From the NCBI GenBank assembly GCA_038065395.1, contig JBBTRB010000004.1:6042-70041 (forward strand): a stretch of DNA of 64,000 nucleotides, in the 5' to 3' direction. The position numbers and the translations under genes were made by a program. The first letter of the stretch is position 1. Each line of letters opens with the position of its first letter. Of this stretch, positions 58,112 to 64,000 are shown in pieces. Source of the stretch: Patescibacteria group bacterium (GTDB taxonomy: Bacteria > Patescibacteriota > Minisyncoccia > Phycocordibacterales > PALSA-1337). The notes under the pieces were generated by a model. That model had not been told where the DNA came from. It saw nothing but the letters and a program-made list of their open reading frames with translations, and ran no database searches.

Positions 58112-61100
58112 ATGTCGAATACTACCTCTGTACGCCCGAAGAAATATTTTAGTCGATACCAAGTGCCGTTGGCAGAGATGCCTAACTTCGTAGAGTCACA
58201 GAATGCCTCCTTCACCTGGCTCGTCGAGCAAGGTCTCTCCAACCTGCTCAAAGACTTCTCTCCGATCAAAGACTATGCGGAGAAGAAGTTCGAACTTTCG
58301 ATCAGTGATGCCGAACTCATCCTGCCAAAGTTCGACGAACACTATGCCAAGCTCAACAAGCTCAACTACGAAGGTCAGATCAAAGTCCGCGTAACCCTCA
58401 AGAATAAATCTTTGAATGTGGTCAAAGAACAAGAGATGTTCCTGGCTGACTTCCCAGTCATGACCGATCATGGCACCTTCATCATCAACGGTGTCGAGCG
58501 CGTGATCGCACCTCAACTTGCTCGTTCATTCGGCATTTTCTTTACCTCGAATGAGCTCAAAGGCAAGACCTTTTTTGGAGCCAAGATTATCCCTGCACGT
58601 GGAGTATGGATGGAGATCGAGATGGATTCAGACGGCGTCATCTACTGCCGTATCGACCGCAAGCGCAAATTCCCGGTAACATCTCTCCTCCGTATCCTCG
58701 GTGCAGAGAGCAACGAGAAGATCGAAGATCTCTTCAAGGGCAACCCAGATCTCAAGAAGATCATCGAGATGACTATCGCCAAGGATCATGCAAAGACAAC
58801 CGACGATGCATACATCGAGATCCACAAGCGTCTCCGTGACGGAGATCTTGCGACTCCTGAGAATGCTCGTTCATTCATCCAGGCCCTTCTCAAGGCTGAC
58901 CGCTATGACATCTCTCGTGTCGGACGTTTTCGTTTTAACAAGCGTTTCGGCAAGTCTATGGAAGAGAAAGAGCTAGAACGTCGCACGTTGTCACTCGATG
59001 ATGTTGCTACTACGATCGCACACATCGTGACTCTGTCGCTCGATCCAGAGATGCAGGCTGACGATATCGACCACCTCGGTTCACGCCGTGTACGTTATGT
59101 CGGTGAACTCCTCGAACAACGTATCCGTCTCGGTCTCACCCAGATGAAGCGTAATATCCAGGACAAGATGTCGACCGTCGAACCAGACGTGACTCTCCCT
59201 GTTTCATTCATCTATCCACGCCCACTCCAGGCTCGTATCAAAGAATTCTTCACAACTAACCAGTTGTCACAATTCATGGCGCAGGAGAACGTCCTGGCCG
59301 AAGTCGAACATCTCCGTACGCTCACTGCACTCGGTCCCGGCGGTCTTTCTCGTGAACGTGCAGGATTCGAAGTCCGCGACGTGCACCCATCTCACTACGG
59401 CCGTCTCTGCCCGATCCATACTCCAGAAGGTCCGAACATCGGTCTGGTGCTTCGTCTGACAACCTATGCTCGTATCAATGATTTTGGCATGATCGAAACT
59501 CCGTACGCCAAGGTCAAGAACGGCAAAGTCACCAAAGAGATCGTCTATCTCAACGCGCTCGAAGAAGAGAACTTCCGTATCGCTCACGCCGCAACTCCAT
59601 ATGACAAAGATGGCGTCATCACTGACGATGAGGCCGAAGTTCGCCGCAATGGCAAACCAGAGCTCGCCAAGAAAAACGAGATCGACTACATCGACGTTGC
59701 AACCAACCAGGCATTCTCGATCGCCACGTCCCTCATTCCGTTCCTTAACCATGACGATGCGAACCGTGCGTTGATGGGATCGAACATGCAAAAGCAGGCA
59801 ACGCCATGTCTCGTACCTGAGGCACCATTCGTTGCAACTGGCATGGAAAGCAAAGCAGTCCTCGATACTGGTCGCATAGTTGTTGCCCCAGAAGATGGCG
59901 AGATCACTCATCTCGATGCCAAGAGTCTGACATTCAAGTCCAAGAAAACAGGCAAGAGTACTACATACAATCTCGTACTCTTCTCACGAACCAACGGCTT
60001 CACCGTATTCCATCAGCGTCCGATCGTCTCTCTCGGCGACACTGTCAAGAAGGGTGATGTCCTCGTTGACACCTCAACATCTGACAAGGGACAGATCGCA
60101 CTCGGTCACAACGCACTTGTCGCCTTCATGTCATGGTCTGGATCCAACTACGAAGACGCGATCATCCTCTCTGAACGTGTGGTCAAGAATGCAAAGTGGA
60201 GTTCTATCCATATCGAAGAGTTCGTAGTCAACGTCCGTGACACCAAGCTCGGTCCCGAAGTCACGACCTGTGATATCCCGAACGTTGCTGAGGCCAAGCT
60301 CAAGAACCTGACCGAAGAAGGTATCGTCCGCATCGGTGCAGAAGTTCGTCCAGGCGACATCCTCGTCGGCAAGATCTCTCCGAAAGGCGAGACACAGCTG
60401 ACTCCAGAAGAGCGCCTGCTCCGTTCTATCTTCGGTGAGAAAGCCCGCGATGTGAAAGACACCTCCAAGCGCATGGAGAACGGCAAGCGTGGTCGCGTGA
60501 TCTCAGTCAAAGTATTCTCACGTGAACGTGGTAACAAGCTCGAGTCAGGCATCATCAAGAAGATCTACATCGAAGTTGCCCAAGTCCGTAACGTCTCTGT
60601 CGGTGACAAGATGGCCGGACGTCACGGTAACAAAGGTGTTATCTCACGTATCCTCCCAGAAGAAGATATGCCATACATGGAAGACGGTACACCTGTTGAC
60701 GTGATCCTCACACCACTCGGCGTGCCTTCACGTATGAACCTCGGTCAGATCTTGGAACTCCACCTCGGACTTGCGGCAAGTGCTCTCGGATATCAGGCGA
60801 TCGTCCCACCATTTGTGGGAGCTACCGACGCTGAGATCAAAGAAGAGCTCGTGAAAGCTGGCTATGACAAGTCAGGCAAGATGCTCCTGCGCGATGGTCG
60901 CACCGGTGAACACTTCGACCAGCCAGTTGCAGTCGGATACATGTACATCCTCAAGCTGCACCACATGGTGGAAGACAAGATCCACATGCGCTCTATCGGT
61001 CCGTACTCTCTCATCACGCAACAGCCACTCGGCGGTAAGGCACAAGGTGGAGGTCAGCGTTTTGGAGAAATGGAAGTCTGGGCACTCCTCGGTCACGGTG

Positions 61101-61300
61101 CCGCTCATACTCTCCGTGAGATCCTCACGGTCAAGTCTGACGATATCGTCGGTCGTTCACAAACCTTCGACTCTATCGTCAAAGGCGAAGAGCTCAAGGC
61201 TCCGAACCTGCCTGCTTCGTTCAACGTACTCCTCAAGACACTCCGTGGTTTGGCACTCAACGTCGAATTACTCAAGAACTCACCAGTTGTAGAAGAGTAG
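58112..61300 (+). CDS. rpoB: RNA polymerase beta subunit
   Basis: FIINGVERV, DDIDHLG, RDVHPSHYGR, GSNMQ, GDKMAGRHGNKG, GQRFGEMEVWAL. Confidence 0.98.
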   Translation: MSNTTSVRPKKYFSRYQVPLAEMPNFVESQNASFTWLVEQGLSNLLKDFSPIKDYAEKKFELSISDAELILPKFDEHYAKLNKLNYEGQIKVRVTLKNKSLNVVKEQEMFLADFPVMTDHGTFIINGVERVIAPQLARSFGIFFTSNELKGKTFFGAKIIPARGVWMEIEMDSDGVIYCRIDRKRKFPVTSLLRILGAESNEKIEDLFKGNPDLKKIIEMTIAKDHAKTTDDAYIEIHKRLRDGDLATPENARSFIQALLKADRYDISRVGRFRFNKRFGKSMEEKELERRTLSLDDVATTIAHIVTLSLDPEMQADDIDHLGSRRVRYVGELLEQRIRLGLTQMKRNIQDKMSTVEPDVTLPVSFIYPRPLQARIKEFFTTNQLSQFMAQENVLAEVEHLRTLTALGPGGLSRERAGFEVRDVHPSHYGRLCPIHTPEGPNIGLVLRLTTYARINDFGMIETPYAKVKNGKVTKEIVYLNALEEENFRIAHAATPYDKDGVITDDEAEVRRNGKPELAKKNEIDYIDVATNQAFSIATSLIPFLNHDDANRALMGSNMQKQATPCLVPEAPFVATGMESKAVLDTGRIVVAPEDGEITHLDAKSLTFKSKKTGKSTTYNLVLFSRTNGFTVFHQRPIVSLGDTVKKGDVLVDTSTSDKGQIALGHNALVAFMSWSGSNYEDAIILSERVVKNAKWSSIHIEEFVVNVRDTKLGPEVTTCDIPNVAEAKLKNLTEEGIVRIGAEVRPGDILVGKISPKGETQLTPEERLLRSIFGEKARDVKDTSKRMENGKRGRVISVKVFSRERGNKLESGIIKKIYIEVAQVRNVSVGDKMAGRHGNKGVISRILPEEDMPYMEDGTPVDVILTPLGVPSRMNLGQILELHLGLAASALGYQAIVPPFVGATDAEIKEELVKAGYDKSGKMLLRDGRTGEHFDQPVAVGYMYILKLHHMVEDKIHMRSIGPYSLITQQPLGGKAQGGGQRFGEMEVWALLGHGAAHTLREILTVKSDDIVGRSQTFDSIVKGEELKAPNLPASFNVLLKTLRGLALNVELLKNSPVVEE

Positions 61301-61342
61301 AATTTAACAAAGAAACAATTGAACCATAAAACAATTAAAGCT

Positions 61343-62191
61343 ATGAAAAATTCTATTCAACTCAATACATTCGACAGGCTCAGTACAAGTAAAGGCTTCG
61401 GCATTGTGCAGATCATTGCGATCGTCGCAGTTCTCGTTCTTGGTGGTGTCTATGTTGCACAAAAGGGAAGTAAGACTACTGATGTAGCGGCTCCTACGAT
61501 CACTCTCGTCTCTCCGAATGGTGGTGAGGCTCTGATCATCGGCTCTTCTACTCCAGTTTCATTCACAACTACCGGTGAGATCAAAGATGGTTACCAGGTA
61601 GTTATCTGGCTCGAAGAAGGCGCTGCACCACTTGCGACTATCGGCGCTACAACAACTTCATACTCACTCACCATTCCAGAGTCAGTCCTGATCGGTGGCG
61701 ATGCAGTTGCACCACTTGAAGCCGGTTCTTATAAGATCCGCGTGGCTCTCTATGACGGAGTTCCTTGTACAGGACATTGTCTTCCTACGGACGTGAAGGA
61801 ACTTGCGAGTGATAGTTCGGATGGGGAAGTAAAGATTGGTACGAGTTCGACCGCAGCACTTAAACTTTCGATGAAGGATTGGAAAATTTATACTGATACA
61901 AAAAATAAATTTTCTTTTAAGTATCCATCCGATTACACGGCAGCAGAAAATGATGGTGATGGAAGTTCTCCGGAAATAACATGGATTCATGTTTATTGTT
62001 CAGAAGTTTCGCCTGTCTGTGCCGGAAAAAGCATGAGCATTTACGTTTTTGCTGCAAATAGTGCACGTAATAATGTTCAAGCAAATAAGCTTCTTCAAAA
62101 TAACGGATTGAAGTATGAATTCAACTACATTGCGCCGTTTGATAAAAATATCGGAGATAGTATTGTTTCGAGTGTAACTTTTACCAATTAA
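61343..62191 (+). CDS. Exported protein with prepilin-like N-terminus, Ig-like domain and PsbP-like C-terminus, located between rpoB and rpoC
   Basis: KGFGIVQIIAIVAVLVLGG; ITLVSPNGGE; WKIYTD..FSFKYP. Confidence 0.7.
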   Translation: MKNSIQLNTFDRLSTSKGFGIVQIIAIVAVLVLGGVYVAQKGSKTTDVAAPTITLVSPNGGEALIIGSSTPVSFTTTGEIKDGYQVVIWLEEGAAPLATIGATTTSYSLTIPESVLIGGDAVAPLEAGSYKIRVALYDGVPCTGHCLPTDVKELASDSSDGEVKIGTSSTAALKLSMKDWKIYTDTKNKFSFKYPSDYTAAENDGDGSSPEITWIHVYCSEVSPVCAGKSMSIYVFAANSARNNVQANKLLQNNGLKYEFNYIAPFDKNIGDSIVSSVTFTN

Positions 62192-62215
62192 GACCATTCA
62201 TTTAATAAAAAAACC

Positions 62216-64000
62216 ATGTCAAACGCAAATACACAACACGTCACCATCACCACGAAGAAGTCGACTGACCCACAGGATTTCGACTTTGTGAAGCTTTCCC
62301 TGACTTCTCCAGAGAAGATCATGGAATGGTCATACGGTGAGATCACCAAGCCTGAGACCATCAACTACCGCACCCAGCGCTCCGAGAAGAGTGGTCTCTT
62401 CGACGAACGTATCTTCGGTCCAGACCGTGACTATGAATGTTACTGCGGCAAATATCGCGGTATCCGTTACAAGGGTATTGTCTGTGAAAAGTGTGGAGTC
62501 GAGATCACTCGCTCGATCGTTCGCCGTGAACGCATGGGTCATATCGAACTGGCATCTCCAGTGTCACACATCTGGTTCCTCCGCTCGGTGCCATCTCGCA
62601 TCGGTCTCATTCTGGGGATGACAACTGCAGACCTCGAGAAGGTTGTGTACTTCGCAGGGTACATGGTCACCGTTGTTCATGAGAACGAGAAGGAGAGTTT
62701 CCTCAAGGAGCTCGACGCTGAATACAAGAACAAGGTCAAGACTGCCCAAGACGACAAGACCAAAGATGCTCTCAAAGAACTCCTTTTGAATGCTCGCAAA
62801 GAGATCGAGAGTATCGTCCCAGGACTCGTCATCGACGAAATGACGTATCACAAGTACGCCATGCGCTATAGTTCTATCTTCGAAGCGCTCATCGGTGCCG
62901 AAGCGATCTACGACCTCCTCAAGAAGATCGACCTGCCAAAGCTCAAGCTCGAGCTCGAGAAGGCCAACGAAAGTGCTGGTGCTGCTGACCGCGAGAAGCT
63001 CGCCAAGCGCATCGCACTGGTCAAACAGATGATCAAGGCCAAGCTCCGTCCAGAGTGGATGTTCCTCGTACGTCTACCAGTGATCCCGCCAGGTTTGCGC
63101 CCGATGGTCGCCCTCGAAGGAGGTCGCTATGCAACCTCTGACGTCAACGACCTCTATCGTCGTGTCATCAATCGCAACAATCGCCTTTTGAAACTCAAAG
63201 AGATCGGCGCCCCAGAAGTCATCCTCCGCAACGAAAAGCGTATCCTCCAAGAAGCTGTAGATGCACTGATCGATAACTCGATCCGTCACGCATCATCTGC
63301 TGGTGCAGCCGCAGCGGCCGCACAGAAGCGCGCACTCAAGTCTCTGTCAGACAGTCTCAAGTCCAAGCGCGGTCTTTTCCGTCAGAACCTCCTCGGTAAG
63401 CGCGTAGACTATTCTGGTCGTTCTGTCATCGTCGTCGGACCTGAGCTCAAGCTCGATGAATGTGGTCTGCCAAAGCACATGGCATTGGAACTCTTCCGCC
63501 CATTCGTGATCTCAGGACTTCTCAAGCGTGAGCTCGCCTACAACATCCGCGGAGCCAATCGTCTGATCGACGATGGTGCCAAAGAAGTTTGGGAGATCCT
63601 CGAAGAAGTCATCCGCGGCAAATACGTACTCCTCAACCGCGCACCGACATTGCACCGCCTCGGTATCCAGGCATTCCGCCCAATCCTGATCGAAGGCAAC
63701 GCGATCCAAGTTCACCCACTCGTCTGTACTGCTTTCAACGCTGACTTCGACGGAGACCAGATGGCTGTTCACGTACCGTTGTCAGAAGAGGCTCAGATGG
63801 AAGCTCGCGAGATCATGGCCGCAGACAAGAACATCCTCAAGCCGGGTAACAACGAACCAACCGTCGTTGCAAAAATGCTTGATATCGTTCTTGGATGTTT
63901 CTGGGTTACCAAGATGATCGAAGCCGGCAAGGGTGAAGGCAAAGTCTTTGAGACTCCTGATGCTGCGATCTTGGCTCAGAATTTCGGCGATATCAATCTC
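62216..64000 (+). CDS. rpoC: RNA polymerase beta' subunit, 3'-truncated by the window (absent from the ORF track)
   Basis: Translates as [39 protein letters not shown]; [12 protein letters not shown] near 63740. Confidence 0.97.
   Translation, partial: MSNANTQHVTITTKKSTDPQDFDFVKLSLTSPEKIMEWSYGEITKPETINYRTQRSEKSGLFDERIFGPDRDYECYCGKYRGIRYKGIVCEKCGVEITRSIVRRERMGHIELASPVSHIWFLRSVPSRIGLILGMTTADLEKVVYFAGYMVTVVHENEKESFLKELDAEYKNKVKTAQDDKTKDALKELLLNARKEIESIVPGLVIDEMTYHKYAMRYSSIFEALIGAEAIYDLLKKIDLPKLKLELEKANESAGAADREKLAKRIALVKQMIKAKLRPEWMFLVRLPVIPPGLRPMVALEGGRYATSDVNDLYRRVINRNNRLLKLKEIGAPEVILRNEKRILQEAVDALIDNSIRHASSAGAAAAAAQKRALKSLSDSLKSKRGLFRQNLLGKRVDYSGRSVIVVGPELKLDECGLPKHMALELFRPFVISGLLKRELAYNIRGANRLIDDGAKEVWEILEEVIRGKYVLLNRAPTLHRLGIQAFRPILIEGNAIQVHPLVCTAFNADFDGDQMAVHVPLSEEAQMEAREIMAADKNILKPGNNEPTVVAKMLDIVLGCFWVTKMIEAGKGEGKVFETPDAAILAQNFGDINL

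Overview
Bacterial chromosome segment, genetic code 11 (TGA is used as a stop). It is most consistent with a Patescibacteria/CPR (Parcubacteria-like) genome; this is an inference from the short IF2, GAD-less AspRS, TGS-less ThrRS, compact RpoB and the ATST-rich giant surface protein. From left to right it holds: a 5'-truncated giant repeat surface protein; a cohesin/dockerin envelope cluster; redox genes (ndh, GlcD-like oxidoreductase, DoxX proteins, msrA/msrB); aspS, a DHH phosphoesterase and a cyclophilin; a two-component pair; thrS; an accessory stretch (35.5-45.5 kb); then dnaE, rnhB, rbfA, infB, iscS, rpsP, khpA, trmD, rpoB and the start of rpoC. Four tRNA genes are interspersed. The most unusual items are: (1) a ~1000-aa sigma70 fused to two DnaA domain IV-like modules plus an extra sigma region 4, next to a second protein made of two DnaA-IV-like modules and a convergent DEAH helicase; (2) a low-GC putative BECR-fold RNase facing a ~94-nt structured sRNA with its own promoter and terminator; (3) a dispersed ~123-bp hairpin repeat with compensatory base changes; (4) a palindromic element inserted in frame in dnaE; (5) an uncalled 38-aa very basic protein; (6) pervasive leaderless-type promoters in core genes versus boxA-like+SD leaders in orphan genes. 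All domain calls are by eye; no database searches were run.
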